The position numbers and the translations under genes were made by a program. This document shows, piece by piece, positions 25,627 to 38,579 of a stretch of 64,000 nucleotides of DNA. Origin of the DNA: Auanema rhodensis (Eukaryota > Animalia > Nematoda). The notes under the pieces are model-generated. The model was not told the DNA's origin. It did no database searches and saw only the letters and a list, made by a program, of their open reading frames with translations. The stretch spans positions 16,182,001-16,246,000 of the forward strand of contig OZ059895.1 in the NCBI GenBank assembly GCA_964057225.1, written 5' to 3'. Position 1 is the first letter of the stretch, and each line of letters starts with the position of its first letter.

Positions 25627-25787
25627 AGGGACGCGCGAACGCATCCCCAAACGCAAAAATTTAGCTGTTGGCGAATCTCAACTCGAGATTGCCATACAGG
25701 TCAGCCCAATCGAAAAGTGCAATGATCAGGCCTCTTCGTAGAGAGCCCGCCTTGATGATCGCGGGCAGCTCCCAGCCAGGTAAGTTT
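25627..25787 (-). ncRNA. U1: U1 snRNA (array copy 6)
   Basis: Full-length U1 copy. Confidence 0.95.
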
Positions 25788-25881
25788 AATGGTCAACTCA
25801 ATGAGTCTAACAGGCCATACCTTGTTTGGTATCTCATATGGGTTTCACTTTATTCAATTTCTGAATCTTGAGGAAAACATT

Positions 25882-25963
25882 CGAAAAGGCGTAGATGGCA
25901 ACAGAGATCAGGAAATCTCAGTGATATTGAAAAGCTTCCCGTTCACTATTCAGCCACCTGATC
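25882..25963 (-). pseudogene. Degenerate tRNA-Ser-derived element
   Basis: As 23254-23335 with point variants. Confidence 0.8.
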
Positions 25964-26207
25964 ACACAATGAACAGATTTATTCAGAATTAACCCTCAGG
26001 GCATTGTCACGTCTCCCTAAGCTTCAATGATCACAGTTTTTCTGAAAAAAAATTTGTAGTATAGAAGTAACTTTAAAACATGAAGAACAACCGGTCAAGT
26101 GCTATTATAATTCAAAAATGGAGTGAGCATGTGGATGTACGTGGATCTCACGTGAAACTCTCAAGATATTCTAATCACCAAACATGAAATTTATACTCGA
26201 GATTGTA

Positions 26208-26368
26208 AGGGACGCGCGAACGCATCCCCAAACGCAAAAATTTAGCTGTTGGCGAATCTCAACTCGAGATTGCCATACAGGTTAGCCCAATCGAAAAGTG
26301 CAATGATCAGGCCTCTTCGTAGAGAGCCCGCCTTGATGATCGCGGGCAGCTCCCAGCCAGGTAAGTTT
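26208..26368 (-). ncRNA. U1: U1 snRNA (array copy 7, one substitution)
   Basis: Full-length U1; + strand T instead of C at 26283. Confidence 0.94.
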
Positions 26369-26462
26369 AATGGTCAACTCAATGAGTCTAACAGGCCATA
26401 CCTTGTTTGGTATCTCATATGGGTTTCACTTTATTCAATTTCTGAATCTTGAGGAAAACATT

Positions 26463-26544
26463 CGAAAAGGCGTAGATGGCAACAGAGATCAGGAAATCTC
26501 AGTGATATTGAAAAACTTCCCGTTCACTATTCAGCCACCTGATC
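26463..26544 (-). pseudogene. Degenerate tRNA-Ser-derived element
   Basis: As 23254-23335 with point variants. Confidence 0.8.
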
Positions 26545-26788
26545 ACACAATGAACAGATTTATTCAGAATTAACCCTCAGGGCATTGTCACGTCTCCCTA
26601 AGCTTCAATGATCACAGTTTTTCTGAAAAAAAATTTGTAGTATAGAAGTAACTTTAAAACATGAAGAACAACCGGTCAAGTGCTATTATAATTCAAAAAT
26701 GGAGTGAGCATGTGGATGTACGTGGATCTCACGTGAAACTCTCAAGATATTCTAATCACCAAACATGAAATTTATACTCGAGATTGTA

Positions 26789-26949
26789 AGGGACGCGCGA
26801 ACGCATCCCCAAACGCAAAAATTTAGCTGTTGGCGAATCTCAACTCGAGATTGCCATACAGGTCAGCCCAATCGAAAAGTGCAATGATCAGGCCTCTTCG
26901 TAGAGAGCCCGCCTTGATGATCGCGGGCAGCTCCCAGCCAGGTAAGTTT
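26789..26949 (-). ncRNA. U1: U1 snRNA (array copy 8)
   Basis: Full-length U1 copy. Confidence 0.95.
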
Positions 26950-27045
26950 AATGGTCAACTCAATGAGTCTAACAGGCCATACCTTGTTTGGTATCTCATA
27001 TGGGTTTCACTTTCTTAAAATTCTTGAAAATTAAAGAAAAATATT

Positions 27046-27127
27046 CGATCAGGATGAGATTCGAACTCACGCGGGGAAACCCCAATGGATTAGCAGTCCA
27101 TCGCCTTAACCACTCGGCCACCTGATC
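27046..27127 (-). tRNA. tRNA-Ser(GCT)
   Basis: Intact copy. Confidence 0.96.
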
Positions 27128-27207
27128 ACACAATGTACACTTTTGCTGATAATTTAGCCTCAGGGCATTACAGGGAAGAGAAAATAATTGATATGGAGCA
27201 AAAGATT

Positions 27208-27279
27208 CTCCCCGGCCGGGAATTGAACCCGGGTCTCGCATGTGACAGACGCGGATACTCACCACTATACTACCGAGGA
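27208..27279 (-). tRNA. tRNA-Asp(GTC)
   Basis: Intact copy. Confidence 0.96.
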
Positions 27280-27521
27280 CATGTAATCATTCTATTGTAG
27301 AATACGGAAGTTTTGAACCCAATCTTCTCCTTGAGCTTCAATGTTCACAATTTCCTGAAAAGAAAAATTGTAGTATAGAAGTAAGTTTATAACATGAAGA
27401 ACAACCGGTCAAGTGCTATTATAATTCAAAAATGGAGTGAGCATGTGGATGTACGTGGATCTCACGTGAAACTCTCAAGATATTCTAATCACCAAACATG
27501 AAATTTATACTCGAGATTGTA

Positions 27522-27682
27522 AGGGACGCGCGAACGCATCCCCAAACGCAAAAATTTAGCTGTTGGCGAATCTCAACTCGAGATTGCCATACAGGTCAGC
27601 CCAATCGAAAAGTGCAATGATCAGGCCTCTTCGTAGAGAGCCCGCCTTGATGATCGCGGGCAGCTCCCAGCCAGGTAAGTTT
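27522..27682 (-). ncRNA. U1: U1 snRNA (array copy 9)
   Basis: Full-length U1 copy. Confidence 0.95.
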
Positions 27683-27776
27683 AATGGTCAACTCAATGAG
27701 TCTAACAGGCCATACCTTGTTTGGTATCTCATATGGGTTTCACTTTATTCAATTTCTGAATCTTGAGGAAAACATT

Positions 27777-27858
27777 CGAAAAGGCGTAGATGGCAACTGA
27801 GATCAGGAAATCTCAGTGATATTGAAAAGCTTCCCGTTCACTATTCAGCCACCTGATC
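27777..27858 (-). pseudogene. Degenerate tRNA-Ser-derived element
   Basis: As 23254-23335. Confidence 0.8.
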
Positions 27859-28102
27859 ACACAATGAACAGATTTATTCAGAATTAACCCTCAGGGCATT
27901 GTCACGTCTCCCTAAGCTTCAATGATCACAGTTTTTCTGAAAAAAAATTTGTAGTATAGAAGTAACTTTAAAACATGAAGAACAACCGGTCAAGTGCTAT
28001 TATAATTCAAAAATGGAGTGAGCATGTGGATGTACGTGGATCTCACGTGAAACTCTCAAGATATTCTAATCACCAAACATGAAATTTATACTCGAGATTG
28101 TA

Positions 28103-28263
28103 AGGGACGCGCGAACGCATCCCCAAACGCAAAAATTTAGCTGTTGGCGAATCTCAACTCGAGATTGCCATACAGGTCAGCCCAATCGAAAAGTGCAATG
28201 ATCAGGCCTCTTCGTAGAGAGCCCGCCTTGATGATCGCGGGCAGCTCCCAGCCAGGTAAGTTT
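28103..28263 (-). ncRNA. U1: U1 snRNA (array copy 10)
   Basis: Full-length U1 copy. Confidence 0.95.
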
Positions 28264-28359
28264 AATGGTCAACTCAATGAGTCTAACAGGCCATACCTTG
28301 TTTGGTATCTCATATGGGTTTCACTTTCTTAAAATTCTTGAAAATTAAAGAAAAATATT

Positions 28360-28441
28360 CGATCAGGATGAGATTCGAACTCACGCGGGGAAACCCCAAT
28401 GGATTAGCAGTCCATCGCCTTAACCACTCGGCCACCTGATC
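28360..28441 (-). tRNA. tRNA-Ser(GCT)
   Basis: Intact copy. Confidence 0.96.
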
Positions 28442-28521
28442 ACACAATGTACACTTTTGCTGATAATTTAGCCTCAGGGCATTACAGGGAAGAGAAAATA
28501 ATTGATATGGAGCAAAAGATT

Positions 28522-28593
28522 CTCCCCGGCCGGGAATTGAACCCGGGTCTCGCATGTGACAGACGCGGATACTCACCACTATACTACCGAGGA
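28522..28593 (-). tRNA. tRNA-Asp(GTC)
   Basis: Intact copy. Confidence 0.96.
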
Positions 28594-28835
28594 CATGTAA
28601 TCATTCTATTGTAGAATACGGAAGTTTTGAACCCAATCTTCTCCTTGAGCTTCAATGATCACAATTTCCTGAAAAGAAAAATTGTAGTATAGAAGTAAGT
28701 TTATAACATGAAGAACAACCGGTCAAGTGCTATTATAATTCAAAAATGGAGTGAGCATGTGGATGTACGTGGATCTCACGTGAAACTCTCAAGATATTCT
28801 AATCACCAAACATGAAATTTATACTCGAGATTGTA

Positions 28836-28996
28836 AGGGACGCGCGAACGCATCCCCAAACGCAAAAATTTAGCTGTTGGCGAATCTCAACTCGAGATTG
28901 CCATACAGGTCAGCCCAATCGAAAAGTGCAATGATCAGGCCTCTTCGTAGAGAGCCCGCCTTGATGATCGCGGGCAGCTCCCAGCCAGGTAAGTTT
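28836..28996 (-). ncRNA. U1: U1 snRNA (array copy 11)
   Basis: Full-length U1 copy. Confidence 0.95.
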
Positions 28997-29090
28997 AATG
29001 GTCAACTCAATGAGTCTAACAGGCCATACCTTGTTTGGTATCTCATATGGGTTTCACTTTATTCAATTTCTGAATCTTGAGGAAAACATT

Positions 29091-29172
29091 CGAAAAGGCG
29101 TAGATGGCAACTGAGATCAGGAAATCTCAGTGATATTGAAAAGCTTCCCGTTCACTATTCAGCCACCTGATC
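29091..29172 (-). pseudogene. Degenerate tRNA-Ser-derived element
   Basis: As 23254-23335. Confidence 0.8.
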
Positions 29173-29416
29173 ACACAATGAACAGATTTATTCAGAATTA
29201 ACCCTCAGGGCATTGTCACGTCTCCCTAAGCTTCAATGATCACAGTTTTTCTGAAAAAAAATTTGTAGTATAGAAGTAACTTTAAAACATGAAGAACAAC
29301 CGGTCAAGTGCTATTATAATTCAAAAATGGAGTGAGCATGTGGATGTACGTGGATCTCACGTGAAACTCTCAAGATATTCTAATCACCAAACATGAAATT
29401 TATACTCGAGATTGTA

Positions 29417-29577
29417 AGGGACGCGCGAACGCATCCCCAAACGCAAAAATTTAGCTGTTGGCGAATCTCAACTCGAGATTGCCATACAGGTCAGCCCAAT
29501 CGAAAAGTGCAATGATCAGGCCTCTTCGTAGAGAGCCCGCCTTGATGATCGCGGGCAGCTCCCAGCCAGGTAAGTTT
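29417..29577 (-). ncRNA. U1: U1 snRNA (array copy 12)
   Basis: Full-length U1 copy. Confidence 0.95.
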
Positions 29578-29673
29578 AATGGTCAACTCAATGAGTCTAA
29601 CAGGCCATACCTTGTTTGGTATCTCATATGGGTTTCACTTTCTTAAAATTCTTGAAAATTAAAGAAAAATATT

Positions 29674-29755
29674 CGATCAGGATGAGATTCGAACTCACGC
29701 GGGGAAACCCCAATGGATTAGCAGTCCATCGCCTTAACCACTCGGCCACCTGATC
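29674..29755 (-). tRNA. tRNA-Ser(GCT)
   Basis: Intact copy. Confidence 0.96.
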
Positions 29756-29835
29756 ACACAATGTACACTTTTGCTGATAATTTAGCCTCAGGGCATTACA
29801 GGGAAGAGAAAATAATTGATATGGAGCAAAAGATT

Positions 29836-29907
29836 CTCCCCGGCCGGGAATTGAACCCGGGTCTCGCATGTGACAGACGCGGATACTCACCACTATACTA
29901 CCGAGGA
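29836..29907 (-). tRNA. tRNA-Asp(GTC)
   Basis: Intact copy. Confidence 0.96.
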
Positions 29908-30149
29908 CATGTAATCATTCTATTGTAGAATACGGAAGTTTTGAACCCAATCTTCTCCTTGAGCTTCAATGTTCACAATTTCCTGAAAAGAAAAATTGTA
30001 GTATAGAAGTAAGTTTATAACATGAAGAACAACCGGTCAAGTGCTATTATAATTCAAAAATGGAGTGAGCATGTGGATGTACGTGGATCTCACGTGAAAC
30101 TCTCAAGATATTCTAATCACCAAACATGAAATTTATACTCGAGATTGTA

Positions 30150-30310
30150 AGGGACGCGCGAACGCATCCCCAAACGCAAAAATTTAGCTGTTGGCGAATC
30201 TCAACTCGAGATTGCCATACAGGTCAGCCCAATCGAAAAGTGCAATGATCAGGCCTCTTCGTAGAGAGCCCGCCTTGATGATCGCGGGCAGCTCCCAGCC
30301 AGGTAAGTTT
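30150..30310 (-). ncRNA. U1: U1 snRNA (array copy 13)
   Basis: Full-length U1 copy. Confidence 0.95.
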
Positions 30311-30405
30311 AATGGTCAACTCAATGAGTCTAACAGGCCATACCTTGTTTAGTATCTCATATGGGTTTCTCTTCTATCCAATATATGAACTAGAGAGAAA
30401 ACATT

Positions 30406-30487
30406 CGAAAATGCTTAGATGGCAACTCAGATCAGGAAATCTCAGTGATATTGAAAAGCTTCCCGTTCACTATTCAGCCACCTGATC
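30406..30487 (-). pseudogene. Degenerate tRNA-Ser-derived element (terminal, more diverged)
   Basis: As 23254-23335 with three further substitutions. Confidence 0.78.
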
Positions 30488-31125
30488 ACACAATGAACAG
30501 ATTTATTCAGAATTAACCCTCAGGGCATTGTCTGGAAGAAAACAAATGAAATGTATGTATGAAAAATGTTATATGAAATGATGTATGAGTCGAATTTTAA
30601 GATGTTCTGATTATCATTTCAGATTGCATTCTATTCTTCTCCAAAACAATCCTTGAATAGAGATGTGGATTTAAGAAGTTTATAATATTCTACACACATT
30701 TTTCTAATTGATGATCAAAAGTTAATTCAAATCAAGTTATATAACCAACCTTGATTTATGTTTGTAGAAATGTTTTTGTTTCAACCGCTAATTTGAAGAT
30801 GAAATAGATTAATTAATCAAAAAATAGTTTTTATTATTATTGTGTGTGTGTGTGTATATGTGTGTCTTACGATCAACACATTTATCAAATCGAGAACATC
30901 GGCGGCGTAAGTGGTTATAAACAGAAAAGCTTCGGTTCAATGTCGATATATCTGCCAATAACAAGAATTTTTTTCTTCTTCTGTCGTCTATGAAGCCTAA
31001 TCCAAGGACTACTTCGCATTCTCCTCCTATCTCTCGTTTATCGTAGGTGTAGAAGCAGAATAAAGTGGTAGAAAGGGAAGGAAGATGAAAAGAAAGAAAT
31101 ATGAAGAGAAATTCATAGACTGCTT

Positions 31126-31173
<48 letters not shown>

Positions 31174-31318
31174 CTGTACGACTAAGCCTAATGTGATGAA
31201 GAAGAGAGGCGGAGGCAATGGGGTTTGGACGTGGGAAATGGAGAAACAGACTGAAGTTCCCGCCTCCGAAACTCCACCTCCTTCTACATTGGATTAGCCA
31301 TAACATAGTTTGAAGGAC

Positions 31319-31940
31319 ATGCTCCTGCTGTTACTAGCTACAGCTTCATTTTTGTAGGTTTTTTATTATTTTTACAGTTAGTTAGTAGTTTGAGCTTTAT
31401 TATAATCCACAAGTTCTCCGGAATTTCCATGTTGTAACATTCACTCAACTACTCATCATTAGATCTATCATCGAAGCTGGCTCCACGCCTTATTTTGACC
31501 TCACCCGATACAATGACTTCGTTGAATTTGAGGACTACGTCAGGTGCAGTTACATATCTTTTCAAAAGTATATAGTTAATAATTTTTGTTTTGTTTAGAG
31601 AAGTGGCGAGATTGAATCCTGATTTTGTACAACTTCGCAATATTGGAACATCATATGAAGGACGTCCTCTGCTTGGACTCAAGGTTAGCTTTTCGATCTA
31701 TTATGAGAGTCTGTACTGCTATATGTCCTAACCCTTGTACTTCTTGGTTTTTCCTTTTTTTCTCGATTTGATTGACAGACTATGTAATGTCCAGATCATC
31801 TTATTTTTCCTAATGAAGACAACTTGCAATATTGATGTTCACATCTGGTTCGATAGTACTTGTTCTATAAAAAAATTTAAACAATGAAATGATAGCCTTG
31901 TACTAAGCGGTCGAGAAAAAAAAATATTATTGTACTTCCT

Positions 31941-32023
<83 letters not shown>

Positions 32024-33906
32024 TCTTCTTACTTTCTGCTAAATCTCGTCTCATACACTGTCAAGTCGTCCCTTGTCGACCTCTCTTTCTTTTTTTAATC
32101 ACAAAGCATCTTCTACCTGAACTTCATTAATTGAACATTGAATTTCGAGATCATCTGCTGTTTAGTTTTAGAAGTTTAGAAGGTTTCAGATTGGATCGTA
32201 CACAAACAGAACGAAACCGGCTGTCTGGTTAGATGGTGGAAACCATGCGAGGGAATGGCCGGCTTTCCACGTAGCTGTCTACTTCATTGAACAAGTTATT
32301 CTTTGTTTTTCTTTTGTTCATCTGTAACATATTTTTGATTATAGCTTGTGAATAAATATAAAGTTGACGACACAATCACTAAATATGTCGATCTGCTCGA
32401 TATTTACGTGTTTCCTGTTCTCAATCCCGATGGCTTCATCTTTTCTCGTTCATCCAAGGCATCCATGGTGAGTCTCAGATTTTAGCTTTCAACCCTAATC
32501 TGTTTTTCATATTTAGATTCGTCAATGGCGAAAGAACCGAGCTCCGCATAACTGCTCTGGTTGGACAGCAGCCCAGAAAGGTGTATGCTGCGAAGGAGTA
32601 GATTTGAATAGAAACTATGATTTCGAGTAAGTTGATGATTACATCATGATCTTGGAAAGCGGAATCTAGTTTTGTGCTAATATGCTTGCTTATTTCAGAT
32701 TCAAGCAGACAAACTATCCATTCAACAATCCTTGTTCGGACGAATTTCAGGGTCCACATCCATTCAGTGAGCCTGAATCTAGGCAAGTTATTTCGAAGCA
32801 ATCATTTACATGAAAATTCAAAAAATACAAAAGCTTAGAGATTCTAAGTAATTATCCTTATTCAGAGCTGTTCGAGATTTTATATTATCTAAAGAAATTT
32901 ATGGAAGATTACATGCTGTTGTTTCTCTTCATACTCATGGTCAACTCTGGATCTTACCTTATAATCATCATAAAAGAACATATCCAGAGGATTATAAAGA
33001 CCTTGTTAGATATATTCTCTTCAGAATTATTTAAACTTCAAAACTTTTAGGAAGCATTAGCTGCAAAAGCAGCCGAAAGTGTCTACTCATACCGTGAAAC
33101 GAAGTACCGAATTGGAACGGCAGCGGATATGCTAGGTAGCTTGTTACTTTCATTATCTTGCGTCTAAACTTTGAAAAAAAAACTTATTATGCCGGAAAAA
33201 TGAAGACAAAAAACTTATTTGAAGGTGTTGCAAGTGGAGGGGCTACTGATTGGATAAAGAAGAACACACCAACCAAATACGTCTACGTTCTTGAATTGCC
33301 ACCTGACATGTCAAGTAAATATCTTCTTCATTCTTTGTGACAAAGATGGAACTTCAAGTTGAAATTCATTAACATTCCTCCTTATTACAGCTTGGTTCGC
33401 TTTTCAAATTAAGCCGCACTGGCTGATTCCAATCGGCAAAGAAACCTGGCTTGGCATTAAGGTTTGTGATGTTTGAAACTCGGAATTTTCACATTATAAT
33501 AGATTGAAAAAAAAGATTAAAATTTGCTACATTTAGAAAGAAAAATGTTTTTTATTAGTTAAATTTCTGTCAACTTTAGTCAGCTAAAGCTGCATCAAGT
33601 TGCTGTTTTTATGAAATATTTTTATTTGTATATGTCAAAAAGATTAACTTGAAACATTTGAAGGTGATAATGGATCAGGTTATACACGAGACAGTTCTGG
33701 TTTCAAATACTCAGCCACAGCCGTCATCTCAGTCACAGCATCAGCCGATAACACAGCAACAGCTACATCAACAAACACAACAATCAAACTTCCAGACTAC
33801 AACTCATGTACAGTTGCAACCCACGCCTCAATCCCAATCCCAAATCCGATCACGTCAGTTTCTTCAGCAACCGCTGATGCAACGAACTGATTTCACTAGA
33901 AATTGA
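31319..33906 (+). CDS. Secreted zinc carboxypeptidase, M14A family
   Basis: Signal peptide MLLLLLATASFLSIIEA (intron 31354-31462); LDGGNHAREW, PVLNPDGF, WRKNR, GVDLNRNYD, FSEPESRAVRDF, SLHTHGQ, SGGATDW, VLELPP; Q-rich tail. Confidence 0.9.
31941..32019. repeat. (TC)n microsatellite in a carboxypeptidase intron
   Basis: Direct reading. Confidence 0.92.
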
Positions 33907-34729
33907 AGTCACATCAACTACTTTACTCGTTATTACTCAAAAATTTGATGGCGAAGTTGTAAGTGATCTCTCTTCTCCGAAAAGTTATAGTTGTAAAAAG
34001 TTTCTACTATCCATCCATCGTGTCCCACCAACACCAATTCCTGAATACCAGTTGCACTACCTCCCTTAGACATTCCCACTCATCTAATTATTTTTATTTA
34101 TACAATTCTTCAGAAATCTATTGTGCCTCTCTCTCTCCAGACACAACAAAAATCGCCAGCGGAAGCCACTCATGCCTGTGGCTGACCCGTACCAAAACGA
34201 CAGACGAGATATTAGATTAAGAAAAGCTTGCAGTTCTATATAAGGGCGGAAACTGGTCCTATAGCTATGCAATGCGCTATCGAGAACCGCTTCGTCTAAT
34301 AGAATTTGAGATCTGACGAGCGTGTAACTGCTTATTCTTGAAACCATAAGTCTTTATAATAAATGAATGGCTTCTTCTTTGCACTAGGGATATCTAGAAG
34401 CATCTCCAATCTCTGTCCCTCTATCCTCCCTCTCCCTCCTCACTTGGAAAACTTTTTCTGCTCTCGACAGCAGTATTCCCCCCATCCAGCTTTTCGTCGA
34501 ATCTCTTGCTTCTGGTTTTTTTAACACACGCTTGTTTCTTTTCTCGTAAATATGAATTGATGTCTCAGTTAATATCAACGGGTCCTCATAACCTGTTTAA
34601 TTTTTCTTGGAAAATAAATATTAAAGATCGTAATTTTTTGAATATTATTATTTGAGATACTGGTAAAGTATATTACTCAAAACTGCATATTATGCATGGT
34701 TAGTGAAACATTAAAAATCTTCTGAACAA

Positions 34730-36315
34730 TTAGTTGTCCGCGTTTTCTACAGTTGGCTGAGGAGTATCTGCTCGGAACAGATCATCGATAGTCGGAATTA
34801 AAGATTTGGACTCATTTCTCTGAGCCTTAAGAGCATTCCTCATTTTTAAAATTTCAGGATCTATGTTGGTAGGGGTAATCGTTATTCCTCCTTCGGGAAT
34901 ACCATTAGCTCTTGTGCGAAGAGGATCAAGAAAAGCCTGTAACAAAAGGTTTTATCGATACAACGAACTTGATCAAACCTGTGCTGCTGATATTTCTGTG
35001 CAAGGGATGTCAGGCTCAAAATCTCGCAAATCATTCATCTGAATGTTACTCATAAGACCTTTTATAACCGCTCGATAATTTTCGGGCAAGTAGTCAGCTT
35101 CTTTTTCAACATCATCTAACAAAGAGAGAATAACTGAAGCTTCTACAAATTATTTAAAGTTATTCTGGATAGATTGACAAGCAAACCCATAGCATTAACA
35201 CCAGGCATGCTGATTTTTCCCGCTAAAGCTGTTTCAATGAACTCAGAAATCCGAGACCAGTCAAGCTTCGCTGTTTTATCCTGGAAGGGGGATAGCACGG
35301 AGTTTGTTATCTGCAATTAGAAAATGTATGAAGCTGCCAAAAATACATCGGATCGTACTTTAACATCAACAGCATTTTTTGGGGCTAATCTGGCAAAGTT
35401 TTTCTAGAAATAGCAAACATAATGAAACAAATATTCCAATACATTAAACATACAGCTAATACATTCGCCATGGTAGATTGATCAAATCCTTTTCTCATCT
35501 TGTCGACTCTAGAAATAGCTGAAGGCCATCCAACAACGGGTCTTCCTGACTTAAAAGGCGAGAAAAAGAAAAATAACTGAGAAATACTCTAAGAACATAC
35601 TTTATCAATAAGTTGAAGCCTTGCCGGTGGTTGAACATTCTTGTAGCCTAATGTGGTCCATTTAGTGACTTCATCAGAAAATCTCTCTACACGATGTTCA
35701 CTTACCATTTCTCTTATTTCTTCTAATTTCGATCTTTAAAAAGAATTTGTCTCAAAACAGATATTCATACAGAAAACGTACTGTACTTCCTCCAACGAAC
35801 GTGAACCTAATCGTGAACATATGTATTCAATAGCCTTCTGCGAAGTACCATAGCTGAAAGGCAGATTCAATTTGTAAGAACGTAGAAGCGAAGGTTAGAA
35901 CTCACGTTGTTATTCCATCATAAAGTTTTTTAAGTTCTTCACTACTCCAGTCACCTTGGTTATATCTGCCATTTTCTCTTAAACGCTGAATCAAAATGAT
36001 TTTTCTTCTCTTTCAATCAAATATTACTTTTTCCAGAGGTGTAGGCTCTACCATGACATCTTCCACATCCAGTAAATCTCCATCCTACAAGAGTTCACAA
36101 TGTTAGAAAGCAATAGACACACAGACATTTAGCCTACTTCAACATATCTGTCATTTTCTTCATCTGGTTCCATAACATCCGTAATTTTGTATCGTTCTGG
36201 TTCCATAGTATCTCTCTTCTCTAAAAATAAGAAATAAGCTTTTGTTTCAAAAACAACGTAAAATACCTGCTGATTCAGGAGCTGGATTGGACGGCAGTTT
36301 TCGTTTAGGTGGCAT
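34730..36315 (-). CDS. SANT/Myb-domain nuclear protein, SNAPC2 (SNAP45)-like
   Basis: 11 in-frame exons; MPPKRK NLS-like start; SANT repeat GDWSSEELKKLYDGITTYGTSQKAIEYICSRLGSRSLEEVQSKL; LDWSRISEFIETALAGKISMPGVNAMEASVILSLLDDVEKE resembles the recalled SNAPC2 core. Gene model solid, family call tentative. Confidence 0.65.
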
Positions 36316-36511
36316 CTAATAATATGAGGAATAGAATAATTAACAAAAAAAGATTTAATCGATAGAAAAGTGTGATAGAAACAGGTCTAATTAATAATAA
36401 CCACATATAAAAATAATTTTTTTATATTAATGCCAGTAATCATATTACTGATACAAAAAAAAACATTTTTTACACCGTTTGTATATTCAATTCGATCACA
36501 TTTCATAAAAG

Positions 36512-38579
<2,068 letters not shown>

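Larger units (their letters stand above)
22101..30530 (-). repeat. Tandem array of 733-bp (U1 + tRNA-Ser + tRNA-Asp) and 581-bp (U1 + degenerate tRNA-Ser) units
   Basis: U1-to-U1 spacings 733,581,733,581,733,581,581,733,581,733,581,733, read from the repeated antisense ORF starts and checked in the sequence. Confidence 0.97.

Noticed and set aside
22307-29893. Repeated 62/67/89-aa ORFs (MANLNSRL..., MVSIRVCH...), also at 10124-10672
   Set aside because: They are translations of the U1 antisense strand and of tRNA genes, mostly from non-ATG starts; not proteins
22101-30530. CRISPR-like or transposon interpretation of the regular repeats
   Set aside because: Eukaryotic DNA; spacers are repeated rather than unique; units consist of U1 and tRNA genes; no transposase, LTR or TIR seen
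34084-34578. Intronless - strand ORFs as an endogenous viral or TE fragment
   Set aside because: No recognisable motifs; better explained as the antisense of the carboxypeptidase 3' UTR. A BLASTX hit would reopen this
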